A stretch of DNA of 64,000 nt from Craspedostauros australis (Eukaryota). This document shows, one piece after another, positions 43,118 through 55,202 of this stretch. The stretch lies in contig JALAGF010000679.1 in the NCBI GenBank assembly GCA_030167865.1, positions 1 to 64,000 on the forward strand, read 5' to 3'. The position numbers and the translations under genes were made by a program. The notes under the pieces were generated by a model. The model did not search any database. It had not been told where the DNA came from and was given only the letters and a program-made list of their open reading frames with translations. Positions within the stretch are counted from its first letter, which is position 1. Each line of letters begins with the position of its first letter.

Positions 43118-46100
43118 CTAGAATACATCCTTGGATGGCGTCACATCACCATCGATGCCTATCCATCCATCCGGCCATTCGAATGCGAATGCAAAGTGGT
43201 CAATGTTCTCCCAATGGTGAGACTTCTCCTTGTTCGGGAGGAAGGAGTACCAGGTGTCCATCATCGTCATGCCGTGGTACCCGCGCATGCGGTTGATGTA
43301 CCCCGTGAACGTCGAGAACCACGTGCCAGCGAATGCACGGCCTCGACTTGATATTATCGTGTCGATCATGCCGAAGTAGTTGGGGTCGAGGTCGCCCAAG
43401 CCGGCCAGTTCGAAGTAATCATCGAGGAAGCGGATGTCGAAGTGGGCGGCGAGCGGGTCGAAGAACGTCTTGTTGCGTTCGTCCGTGGCGATGAACAGGA
43501 TCTCCTTCGGCTTCCAAATCTCCTTCGTGTTCTCGTACCATTCCTCTGCCGGTATCTTGACTTTCTTGTACTGCAGTTCGCCGCGTCTGACGTGAAGGGC
43601 GGAGAAGCCTCCGGCGCCTTCCTCGTCGGGGTCGAAACCGCGTTCCGCGGCCTCTGCCTGCAAGGCCTTGACGATCTTGCCAGCAGAGCAGTAGATCTGG
43701 TCGTTGTAACGCAAGTAGTCTCTGACGAACCGCTTGTAGTAATTGCCAATGGCTGGATTGGTGAAGTGTATGAACCCGTAGAAATGTGCCAGCAACCGCC
43801 ACTCCTTCTCACCCGCGCGGAAATGAACAACGGCTTGCTGGTTCATATCTGGATTCCAGAAGGCGCGCTTTCTCGTCTGATGTTGGCATAGTCACAGCAT
43901 GATGGATGGAATGATGCATGGTGCATGGTATGAATACACACCAATCAAGACGTCGGGTTGGACGCCAGGTTTGTTGTGCATAGTAATCGGATGTACGAGT
44001 ACATGAGTTTGGAGAGAGATGCGTGAGTTTGCGCCTGTACCACATGCAGACTCCGACCATGCTCGAGTCAACACCATTCACGCTACATCCAGCTATCCAA
44101 TCATCCACCAAGCCATGCAGGCACATTCATTTGCGATCTGCGCAGCACTTACCCCACAAAAGGTGGAAATGCTCTCTTCGCTCTCGTCGGACACTTCATC
44201 GCCGTTGAACACGTCTTCATCAAACACAAAGCAGTAGTCCTTCGCTCTTGCGTCCGGCACATGCCCAACCTGGCTCAAGTACTGCGCGATGTTCTCGCAA
44301 GCATTGTCCATCTTCTTCATCTTGTTGCAAACCTTGACACTTTTCATGACGCCTTCTCTCATATCTTCTGGAATTGGAGCAACCCCGTTGGCTCCACCTT
44401 CCTTCTCCACGAACTCCTCTGTGGAGATGATCTTGACCTTCTTCTGGAATTCTTCGGTGTCGAGCGGGAAGAAGTCGGCAAAGCCGCGATGGATGTTTTT
44501 CAAGTCGCCCTGTGTGGTTTGGGAAGGCATGGTATGGCATGGTGCGGCAACAATGTGCATTTTTTGGCAGGTCGCATTGTAGAAGATAATGATGAGTGAT
44601 TTGGATGTATGTGGCAAACAAAAGAACGCGTTGCTCTTTCAAGTCATTCATGTCATCACAACGTAATAACTACCAACGCAAACGCTTGCCAGCCAGCCAA
44701 CGAGCCAACCACTCGGTTCCCACAACGACAACGACTTACCCGAAGACGATACAGCGGTGCCTTCGGTGGCAGGACCAAGGTTCGGCCTGTTGCAGCCGCA
44801 ATGACGAAAATGATCTCCATGGACATACGGATGTTGTTCCAACCGCCTGTGTCAACCGTAAAGGTGATGTACTTCTCAGCATCACCGTCGCTGCCCTTGA
44901 ACGGTGGCTGGAACTGCTGGTCACGTTCGCCCTGAGGATCGTTCCAGTACGCCAACGAGTCGACGTTGATGTCACAATTGATGTGCGCCCGTGCTGCGCT
45001 GTTCAACGCAGGAGTTTCATCAACCGGTAATCCGGCCACACCACGGGCCGGTGGCTTCGATGCGAATCCTTCATCCGTCTTCAGATCCGCCAAGGTGTAC
45101 TTGTTCACGAAGGTGCGTTTGCTTTTGGTGACGGCCTTGCCCTCTGCTGGCGGCGAGATTGGTTCCGCGACTGGCTCCAGCTCGTGCTCGATCCATTCGT
45201 CACCATCAATCCCGGTCCAGCCCACGGGCCACTCCTTGGCCGGGTAGTTGCCGACGGGGTACGTCCATCCCTGCATGGAATCCTTGCGTTCCAACCAGCT
45301 GTACCAAGAGTCATCCATGGAATGTCCGAGGTACCCGCGCATGCGGTTGATGTAACCAGTGAAAGTGGAGAACCACGTGCCAGCGAACTTCCTGCCATGA
45401 CTCGCCACGATGGTGTCGATCATGCCGAGGTAGTACTTGTCCAGATCCTCCAAACCTGCAATCTCCCAGTAATCATCGAGGAAACGGACAGGATTGTGCT
45501 CCTTGATGGGATCGAAGAAGGTCTTGTTGCGTTCGTCAGTCGCGATGAAGATGGTCTCGCCTGGCTGCCACAGCTCCTTGGTGTTCTCGTACCACTCTTC
45601 CGCAGGCAGCTTGACCATCTTGTACTGGAAGTCGCCTCGGCGGATGTGCATCGACGACCATCTGCCATACCCCGCATCTTCGTTCAGTGCGTGGACGATC
45701 TTGCCTGCCGCGCAGAAGATCTGGTCCTTGTAGTGCAGGTAGTCCCTGACGAAGCGCTTGTAGAAGTTGTCAATGACGGGATCTGTGAAGTACATGAAGG
45801 TGTAAAAGTGCTGCAGGATGCGATGCTTCATGTTCGCCGCGTCCCAATGAATGAGCTTGGCGTCACGCAGCTCCTTGTCGAGGTAGTGGATCTTGCGCTT
45901 CTCGCCGCAGAAGCGTTGAATGGCCTCCTTGACTTCGCCGTCAGGTTCCTCCTCCGTCTCGAGGTATTGCTTGTCAAAGATGAAGCAGCTCTTGGAGCCG
46001 GACATATCCGGTTGCATACCCTTTTCTCTCAAGACCTCGTGCAGAATTTCGCAGGAGATCTCGGAAGTCGGGTTGTGCAGGCACTTCTCCGCCACAGGCC

Positions 46101-47148
46101 TGAGCTTTTCCATGCCTTCGTCGTCGAGGCCCAGAATGCCCATGCCCTCCTTTTCCAGAAATTCGGACATGGTGATGACCTTGACCCTGTTTTGGAACTC
46201 CGGCGTGTGGATCGGGAAGAAGTTGCCGAACGATTTGACGTTCTCCTTGCCGGTTCCCAGCAGGTAGAACGGAGCCTTGGGCGGCAACACCAAGGTGCGT
46301 CCCGAGACGGCAGCAAGCACGAAAATGATCTCCATGCTCATGCGGATGTTGTTCCAGCCACCTGGATCCGCCTCAAAGGTCAAGTAGGACCCCGGTTGCG
46401 ACAGGAAGGGACTGATGAATTCTTCATCGCGCTTGCCCTGCGGACTGTTCCAGTACGCGATGTCATCCACGTTGATGTCGCACTCGATGTGACCTGGTGC
46501 AGCACCCACCAACGCTGGCGTTTTGGACATGGGCAATCCTGACACGCCACGGGCCAGCTGTTGCTTGGGTGCTGTCTTCACGATGCCAGTGTCTGTATTC
46601 TCGTTCACCTTATTCTCATTGTTGTTGTTCTCAATGTTCTCAATGTTCTCATTGTTGTTGTTGTCGTCGCCGGTGTTACTGATGACATTGTTGCTTTCCT
46701 GATCACCGACCACCGCATTATCCTCTGCAGGAGCAGCAACGGTGACAGCAGCAGCATTATTCGCCGGTACTTGCTGTGAATCAGCGTTGACCCTCTCCGG
46801 AAAGGTCTTCGCGTGCGCTTGATGTCTGAAAGACGCACCTGCCTTGTCGGATAGCTTCTGCTCCTTCCTGATGGCCTCCCTCAGTTGCTGCGATCTCTTG
46901 ACCATGGCATCCAGCGAGGCTGGAGCGTGGAAGTGCTTCGAATTGCCGCTGCTGCTGTGCTCCAAGAGCAGCACGGGCAGGAACGTGGTGAAGGCGAGTA
47001 TCAAGGCTCCCACGGCCACCATGGTGATCTTGGGCTTCGTCCATTTCGTGACCAGGTGCGTGGGTACCTCCTTCTGCGGTCCGCGCACCGCCCGTTTCGA
47101 CCTGTACTTCGCCCTCGGCCTCGGGGCGTTCATCAGGGACGACAACAT
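43118..47148 (-). CDS. GDP-fucose protein O-fucosyltransferase-family (POFUT2/O-FucT-like) type II membrane protein with two tandem catalytic domains; exons 47148-44740, 44509-44153, 43876-43118; ~1174 aa
   Basis: Motifs GGWNNIRMSME...GRTLVLPP, H[IV]RRG[DE][FL]QY, FIATDERNK and GMIDTI...FAGTWFSTFTGYINRMRGY each occur twice; two phase-0 GTAAGT...CAG introns. Confidence 0.88.
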
Positions 47149-47633
47149 GTCTGCTGTTACAGTCGCAAGTATGGGATAATATTATAAAATATAATAGTAT
47201 GCACTGTGCCAATACTCTCCTGGTGTACGTATGGCACGATCGTACAACTATAGTATGAGAATGCACTGCTCCCAATCTGCTCTGCGTTGCAACATGGAAA
47301 TGACACCCCAACCACCAAGGAAAATGCCAAACACAAAGGAGAGGCGTTGAGAATTTGTGCCGTTTGTGTCCAGAAAAGTCATCGCAACGGATTGCTTCGG
47401 TGGTAGTATAACCACGACTGATAATTCGTGAATCAACGCTTCACTTTGTCTTGAACCTATTAGTGATTGTTATTACATTTTCGCCGGAGCTCCAGTATTA
47501 TTTCAATGTCTCCCCAAATTGTGACGATTTTCAACAATGTTCACGAAACTGCATGTTGGTTCAGCGGAGGCTCTAATCTCACTTTTACTTCTGCGCGTAC
47601 ATCATATTATACCTGGAAGTGTGTAAAGCTGAT

Positions 47634-50600
47634 CTACAATTCATCCTCTTCTGGTTCTTCTTCAGCGGACTTAACCTCCTCGGTGGATTCCTCCTTCGCT
47701 GGTTCTGCCTCCTCCTTGGTTTCGGCATCGGCATCGGCATCAGCATCGGACTTGGCCTCGGCGGCAGGCTCCTCGTCGCTGGCCTTGCCGTCAGCATCAG
47801 CATCCGTGGCGTTCTTCTTCTCGGCCTCCTCTGGCTTCTTGGCTGGCTTTGGTTTTGGCTTCTTGCTCAGCTTCGTCACCAACTTCTCGATGGACTTGGT
47901 CTGGGTTGGAACATCGTTGCTGGTGAAGGCCGGGTCTTCGTGCGGGGCCTTCTCAGCCTGAGCGGCCTGCTGCTCCTCGATCCACTTCCTGGCGTCGGAC
48001 ACCTTGGCGAGTACGTCGGATCGCTCCTCGTCGGTGACCTGCGGCTTCTCGTCGGCCCACTTGGTCATGAGGCTCTCGACCTTGGCCAGCTTCTTCTCGA
48101 GGGCCTTGATGGCAGCCGGGCGGTCCGTCAGCTCGGAGGCGCGGAACCACACCTTGCTGGCCGGTCCGGAGATCTCGGCGTACTTGGCCTGCATCACGGC
48201 GAGGTCGGCACCATCGGCGTCGTAGAGCCATTCCTCCGCATCCTCGGCGATCTTGCTCAGCTCCGCGCGCTGTTCTTCGGTGGAGACCTTGTTGACGAGC
48301 TCCTCGTCATCGATGAGCTTGTTGCGGATGTAGTAGATGTAGCTCTCGACCTTGTTCTTCGCTGCCTCGAGCAGCATGCGCTCCTCGTCCTTGCGGTCCA
48401 ACTCGACCATCTTGGCCTTGGATTCTGCCATGATCTCGGCGGAGTATGGCTGCACCTTGCCGACGTAGTACTTGACGACATCGAGCTTCTTCTTGTGGAC
48501 GCGTTTCTTTTCCTTTCGCATGAACGCAGGTTTTTTTATGCGGAGACCAAACAAATTCTTTTTTCAGATCAGTACTGGTGTCCTCATTCGTTCATGCATT
48601 CAACAGTTGATTCAAATCGCTGATTCATTTGGCATCACTTGATTCAACGCGTCTCCATCCAATCAAATCCACAAATGTGCTCATCCAATCGTTGCAATTC
48701 CATTGATGGCCCTTCATCTCAAACGCATCACTTCAGCAAACTGCAATCATCATGCATCCACCAACCATATTCACAGCCACAGTCACAGCCACAATGACCA
48801 GGCAAACGAGCATCCCACAATTTCTTACCTTCTCAACCTTGACGGTCTTCTTCTCATCCTTCTTTTTCTTGTCATCCTCGGCATCATCGCCTTCCTTCTT
48901 CTCAGCATCCTCGGCCTTGTCTTCGTCTTCCTTCTTGTCGCTGTCGTCCTCCTCGGTGGCGGTTTCGTTGTCCTTGACCTCGACCTCTTCTTCGACGGTG
49001 TAAATCTCCTCCAACGCGATTTCGGCACGCACGAGCTCAACGATGCCGCTTGTGCTCAATTCGAATTGCAGGGAGACCTTTGGCTTGCCGAGTCCCTTCT
49101 CTTCCATTTCCTTGGCAAAGGCTTCGACGCCGGTGATGTTGTATCGCTGCAGCTCGAGGGCGTCGCCTTCCGGGAAGTTCTCGGCCTCATCGTAGGCCAA
49201 GGCGCAGTGCACATCCTGATCGTGCGTGAAGGCGATCGTCTTCTTGACGCCGACGCGACCCAGGGCCTTGAACATGGTGGCCTGCTTGGCCCACACCTCT
49301 TCGTCTTCCGAGGCTGGTTCCTGCGGTGTGAGGTCGCTCAGTGCGAGACCGATGGCGAATGGGTTGACGTCGGTGAGACCCACGTGTCGCACGCGGAAGG
49401 CGGTGGAGACGTTGGCACCGAAGAAGGCGGCGCCCAGCGCCATACTCTCATCGGAGTTGATGTGCATACCGAGCTCCTTGCCGTTCAAGGCGGCGGAGAG
49501 GTCGGCCTGGATCTTGGGCACGCGCATGGCACCGCCGATCATTTCGATTTCATCGACGTCGTCGAGGGTGAGTTCGGCCAAGGCAAGAGCATCGGTCACT
49601 GGCTTCACGGCACGTTCCATCAAATCAGCACACAGCTCTTCCAGTTTGTTGCGGGAGACATGGAGGGACAGGGTGATGTCGTCGTAGAGGGAGTCCATGT
49701 GGACCGGGATGTCCTGGTTGGCGGACAGCACGTGCTTGACCTTGTTGGCCTGCAGACGGATCTTGGTCATGGCGCGCGGGATGTCGCGGATGTCCTTGTC
49801 GTGCTTGCGTGCGCTGCGCCATTTCTCGTTGAAGGTGTCGGCGAAGTATTCGACCAGCCGGTTGTCCAGGGCGTTGCCTCCGAGGGTGGCATCCCATCCC
49901 TTGGCGAGGACCTCGATGGAACCCACTCGCTTCATCTTTTTGCTGTACTTGGATTCCGGGATCTCGTAGGAGTGGTACTTGACCAGCGACACCTGCAGCG
50001 AGCTGGCTCCCAAGTTGTAGAATAGGTAAATCTGCGGCTCCTCGAGAACCTTGCCCATTCCGAAGTTGAGGGCGGCGGCCGTGTTTTCGTCGATGAGACC
50101 CAGCACGTTGAGGCCGGCGAGTTCCGCAGAATCCAGCATGGCCTGACGCTCGTACTGCGTGGCGAAGGATGGAATGGTGAGGACGCAGTCGCGGATCTCG
50201 CCCAACGCGGCGCCCTTCTCGATGCCGTAGGCCTTGGTGATTTCCTTGGCATGACCGAAGACCATGGCGGTGAGTTCCTCCGGCGTGAAGGAATCCTTCT
50301 TGTCGACAATGAGGTCCAATCCCTTCCTCGTCTCGTTGTACACCGGAATCAATGGCATATGGCGCTCCGTCAAGACCTAACATGTGATTGCGTGTGTGCG
50401 TGTGTGCGGTCGAATATTTGGTTGAATATGTGAATGGCAGGTGGAGCACGATGGCGTGTAGTTGTGTGAGTGATGATGCCAGTCATAATGCGAATATTGC
50501 ACAAGATCATCTCTGGAGAGACGAGAGCATGTTGCACTTCTTTTCACTGAAACGCACTGCACTGCACTTCACTTCATTCCACCCTTGTTGGAGTACACTC

Positions 50601-50945
50601 CATGACAGTCACCAAACGTACCTGCACGGCCGGATGCGCATCATCGCGTCCCAGCATGACCGAGAAGGACCCTGGCGTCCTGGTGGGCTTGCGCGCCAAG
50701 AGACTCTTGGCATCGGCACCGTAAAAGCGGCTGCCCTGATCGAAGAGGATCATCTGCTCCGTCTTGCGCTTGGAGTGCAGGTTGGTGACGATTTCCAACG
50801 GCGCCCCTCTCTGGACGAGGGCGACCTTCATGTACAAAGATCCCATGTCGACTCCCAGAATTGCCTTGGCGGTCACGCAGCTGAACAGCCCGCCGGCTAT
50901 GCACAGCAGCGCTGCGGCTTTGGACATTGTTGTCATTGTCGTCAT
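47634..50945 (-). CDS. HYOU1: ER Hsp70-family chaperone/nucleotide exchange factor HYOU1 (Grp170/Lhs1); exons 50945-50622, 50376-48829, 48512-47634; ~916 aa
   Basis: Signal peptide, ILGVDMGSLYMKVA, SKRKT, YNLGASS, LGGNALD, IGGAMRVPKIQ, INSDESMALGAA, EAAKNKVESYIY, C-terminal EDEL retention signal. The start may be 50927. Confidence 0.93.
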
Positions 50946-51290
50946 TCTTGCAGAGTGGAGCAGTCGAATGCCAACTCGTTTCTTCCTGTTGCTCTTGCTG
51001 TTGCTCTTGGTCGTATCGTATCGTATGGGACTCCGCTTTGGCTGGAGAATTTGTGAATTCTCGCAACCTTATCGAGCAGTTGCGCAAGTATTCCTGTTTG
51101 GATGCAGTGGTGGAGGAATGAGTGGAAGGATGCGATGTGGCGGATCGAATCGATGATGGTCGGCGCTGTTCCGATCCCAACAGTCACAAACTTGAACCCA
51201 ACGCTTCTCGTGTGCGTGGGTTGTGCCGCTGTGTGTCGTGGCATTGTTGCCGTTCTCAGTGGTTCCATCGAGCACGACGTGTGCAGTTTT

Positions 51291-51353
51291 GCCACATGAC
51301 GAAAACGTGCGGTGATGGAATGATGACGTGACTAATCCACGTGATTCGATTGG
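51291..51353. promoter_or_regulatory. Cluster of UPR-like elements (TGACGTGA, CCACGTG, ATTGG/CCAAT) upstream of HYOU1
   Basis: GATGACGTGA at 51322-51331, CCACGTG at 51337-51343 and ATTGG at 51349-51353, ~380 bp 5' of the HYOU1 ATG. Function is inferred by analogy with animal/plant UPRE and ERSE. Confidence 0.45.
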
Positions 51354-51965
51354 GCAACGGCTCCAGGCAAGACGCGTGGAGTTTTTATGCTCCGTTGAGT
51401 CGAGGAGCCGATCTTCCAAGAAACAAGAATCTGGATGTCGCTTCACCGTGTGCCATACGGTCATTTCTTATGCTGTTTAATTTGGATGTAGGACAGACGT
51501 AGAAGTGACACAGTTGAACACGAAGCGGTCTAAACATCGAGGATAGATTTGTATCGTTTCATTTCATCTCAAGATGACATGGAGTGGAGTACTATACATT
51601 TGTATAGTTTTACTTGCATTCAGTGCCTCCTCAGCAAGATGACAAGCACAGGAAGTATGGAAACGCAAGCACTGTTCATTGCTGCAAAGCAGTTGTCTTC
51701 ATTCCCAACACAGTGTTGTGTCTGATTGGATGGGAATCTGTTGGTGTTGAAACGCAGTTCGTTGGAAGAAACAGGATCTTCTTTGCCATCACCATCATCA
51801 TCATCACTGGATTCGTCGGCACCACAAGCAACACACAAACAGAAATTCCATCGCTGAGTGGCAACGCACTTCATTACATCACAGCTTGATATCATAGCCA
51901 TCGCCACCGCTACCACCACCACCACCACCACCACCAATACATAGCGTTGCCATCACCAGCTTGCC

Positions 51966-52727
51966 ATGAAGACAGTCGCCCCAATGTTTCGTTGCCTCCT
52001 TCTCGTCTCGATATCTGCGTCTCTGCTGTCGACATCATCGGCATGGAGCACCCCACAGCAGCACCAACAGAGGCATGCCGCTCGTTTCATTCAACATGAT
52101 GTGACCACCAAAGCCATCGAAAATAGCAGTGACAATGATAGTGGTGGCACGGCTCATTCCAGACGCATGTGGATGCGAAGTATCGCCACCGGCGCACTGG
52201 GCGTCGCGACCTCCCTCGCGACGACGACATCACCCGATGCCAACAACCCACGGCGCCGCGGTGGATTCGTGAAGTCCGCTTCGGCCGCACCACCGATCGC
52301 GGTCATCGCCGAAGAGCTGGGGTACTTCCCCGTGCAGAACAAGGATGGTCAGGTGCAGTACATCCCCAAGAAGATTGCCAGAGCATCGACCGATCAGGCC
52401 GTGCAGCTGGCCAAGACGATGCAGCAGCAGGGCGTGACGATGTACGGGGCGTACTGGTGCCCGCATTGCGCGCGGCAGCGTGAGGTCTTTGGCAAGGAGG
52501 CGTGGTCGTACATCAACTACGTCGAATGCTCTCCCAAGGGATTCGGCTTTCAGGGCATGTGCAGCAACGTCGATGGTTATCCGACGTGGAAGAGAAAGAC
52601 CGGACGGGACATCATCAGCGGCGAAACCTCGTTGGAGGCGTTGGCAAAGGCTGTTGGCTTTGCTGGGTTCGACCCTGCCCTCGAGGATCCTGTTCCCTTG
52701 GTCGGGTCAACCTGCAAGATACGATGA
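51966..52727 (+). CDS. Plastid thylakoid-lumen thioredoxin/DsbA-like protein (stand-alone Trx domain of the LTO1/VKOR-DsbA type), 253 aa
   Basis: Signal peptide SSA|W, SRR twin-arginine motif and ASA| lumenal cleavage site; MYGAYWCPHC..Q...FG.EAW..I.YVEC and GYPTW motifs. Confidence 0.82.
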   Translation: MKTVAPMFRCLLLVSISASLLSTSSAWSTPQQHQQRHAARFIQHDVTTKAIENSSDNDSGGTAHSRRMWMRSIATGALGVATSLATTTSPDANNPRRRGGFVKSASAAPPIAVIAEELGYFPVQNKDGQVQYIPKKIARASTDQAVQLAKTMQQQGVTMYGAYWCPHCARQREVFGKEAWSYINYVECSPKGFGFQGMCSNVDGYPTWKRKTGRDIISGETSLEALAKAVGFAGFDPALEDPVPLVGSTCKIR

Positions 52728-53065
52728 GATGACATGAGATGAGATAAGATGAGGCTGGAGCGGACAGAACTGGAGTACCATGCATTGACTGCAATCGACA
52801 AGAGTCGAGCGCTAACTATCCCACTGTCAGTTGTGAGACAGCGAGCCATGCGAGTACTCGTAGCCAAATTACCACACTCCACACGCGATTGTTTCCATTC
52901 AACATCAATGTCGTTTTCGCGGTTCGTGTGATATTGTTCCTGTTGTTGCTGCTGCTGCGAAACTCGCTGCTGATGATCTCACAATACGTTCCTATTGTCC
53001 ACAGTTCATGCATGCATGCATACATGCACGCAAAGTATTGCTCTACTATATTCCGTGGTGATGGT

Positions 53066-54222
53066 TTAGTTGGCCTCATCCAGGTAATCTTGGATCTGCT
53101 CAGGCGTCAGCACGCTGAACTTGCCATCTGACTTGACGATGCCGACCTCGATGTTGTCTGCCTTCATTTCACCCTCGAATCCTTCACGCAGCGTCAGCAA
53201 GGCGGTGTGGATGGCATCCTCCAGCTCCATCACGTCTGTGGATCGTCGCTCCAGGAAGTTCTTGGCATTGACGTAGTTTCTTCCGATCGCAGTGGCCTTC
53301 CACGAGAAGTACGCGCCGGAGGGATCCACCTGATACAGCCGAGGCGTTCCGTCTCCGTCGAGACCTCCAACCAACAACGAAATGCCGAATGGTCGAACAC
53401 CTCCGCGCTGAGTGTATTCTTGCATGACGCCGGCGATGTCCTTCACAAGCTGCGATATCGGCTGCACCTCGCGGTACGTTCGGAAGTAGGCCTGCGACGA
53501 CTTCCGCGCACGTTGGACTGTGACGAGGAACACAAAATGGCGATGTATGGTGCAGTAGGATAGCGTAGGAGAGCACAAGGTAGAATAGAGAATAGAATAG
53601 CGTTTGATGCACATGCGAAACGCAGTTGGCAGGGATCGAGCAGAAGGATGAGAGGGATGAGAACGTCAGGGATGGTGAGAGTGAAAGTGAATGGACAGGA
53701 ATGTTTGGTGTGTGTGAGTGGGTGGATAAAGAACGAATCGTGGAGACCAAGAAGCTGAGACCACAACCCGTGACAGTGGCAATCAAAGCTTCTCAACAAA
53801 AGCAACCAAAACGGAAGAACGAGACTCAAGATGTCGAACTACACCCCATGTCTGGATGCAAACCATGGTGCCGCGACAGCTGCTTGGCAGCACCAGAACA
53901 TGCAGAGTCTTTCCACCACAGCCCAGACGCATCTCAGATGCAGTGCTGCACAGTTTTGCTCACCGATCACTCTGTAATCCGGCCCGACGCCAGCGTAGCA
54001 AATGCCAGCGGTTGGCGTGATCTTCTCCACCTTGTGCACGTTGACGACGTCGATGAGCTCGCTGGAGAGCTTCTTGTCTGTGGCGATCACAATTCCATCC
54101 TTCGCGCAGATCCCCAACGTTGTCTGCCCATTGGCCACAGCGTTCAGCGCGTACTCGATCTGCAGCAGCTTTCCAGTTCTGGAAAACGTTGTCAGCGAAA
54201 AGCTGTATGCCGAATCTCCCAT
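53066..54222 (-). CDS. PSMA2: 20S proteasome subunit alpha type-2; exons 54222-53964 and 53517-53066; 236 aa
   Basis: [71 protein letters not shown]. Phase-1 intron at 53963-53518 (GTGAGC...CAG). Confidence 0.96.
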
Positions 54223-55202
54223 GATGATGATGTCTGTTGTTGGTTGCTTGTTTCTTGGGTGCTGTTCCGGAATGTGTATGCTCTTGTCGTTGGCGGATCT
54301 GTCTTTCCTTTTTGATGTGTGTTCGATGGATACCTCTCTTGGTGGATCTGTCTGCTGTGTGTTGTGTGGGGTCTTTGTGATGGTGTTTGTGTGTGTGTTT
54401 GTGTTGGTCTCGTTGTCCCAAGCGGCTGAAATCCCATCGTATCTTGTTGCGACTGTTACCATGGTCGATGTTTCGTTTTGTTTTCTTGTGTTGGGCGAAT
54501 TTCGGGTCGAAGGAGTCGCCTACGAACTCATTCGATCTGACAAGAAAACAGACAAGTGGGGAAGTTTGAGAAGGAAACTAAAAGAGGAAAGTAATCGGAC
54601 AAGACGACAGAGGACAATGAAACTCCGAAAGTCGACATTCCGAAGCGAGGTCATCGTCGCAGTCGTTGCGTACGAGACACGATACAGGTAGCTGTAGCGT
54701 GGAAGAGATTCGAATAGTGTCATACGTAGAGGACTCTAATCCTCTATTATTATATTACGGGCATTGGGTAAACCGTTCTTGTTCGCAAGATAATACACTT
54801 CGTGGGCGGATCCGGACAGCTCCGTGTTTTGTATCGGCCACGATAGCGAGATCCATCACGATCGTGGTCGGATAGCTACCGTCACATTTCCATTTCCGCG
54901 GACCACAACGTGCTCATCACGATGAGCAACAGTTCCACGCTGGTGGACGACAACTGCGCACAGCCATTGCCACTCCACGAGTATCCAACAACGGGATGTA
55001 ACAGAAGAAAGCTCACAATTTCGGCCAACCACCAAGCGCAATCGGCGAGTTGCCAAAGTCGACGCACTCCCTCCTTCTCGCTGGACCTTGCTCTTCGATG
55101 GGTGAGAGTACGCCTGCCCACACCAAGTATCGAATTCTCGTGTAAGTTCGCACTCATACGAGCTACTACATCATCACTACCATTCGGCAATACAATAAAA
55201 AC

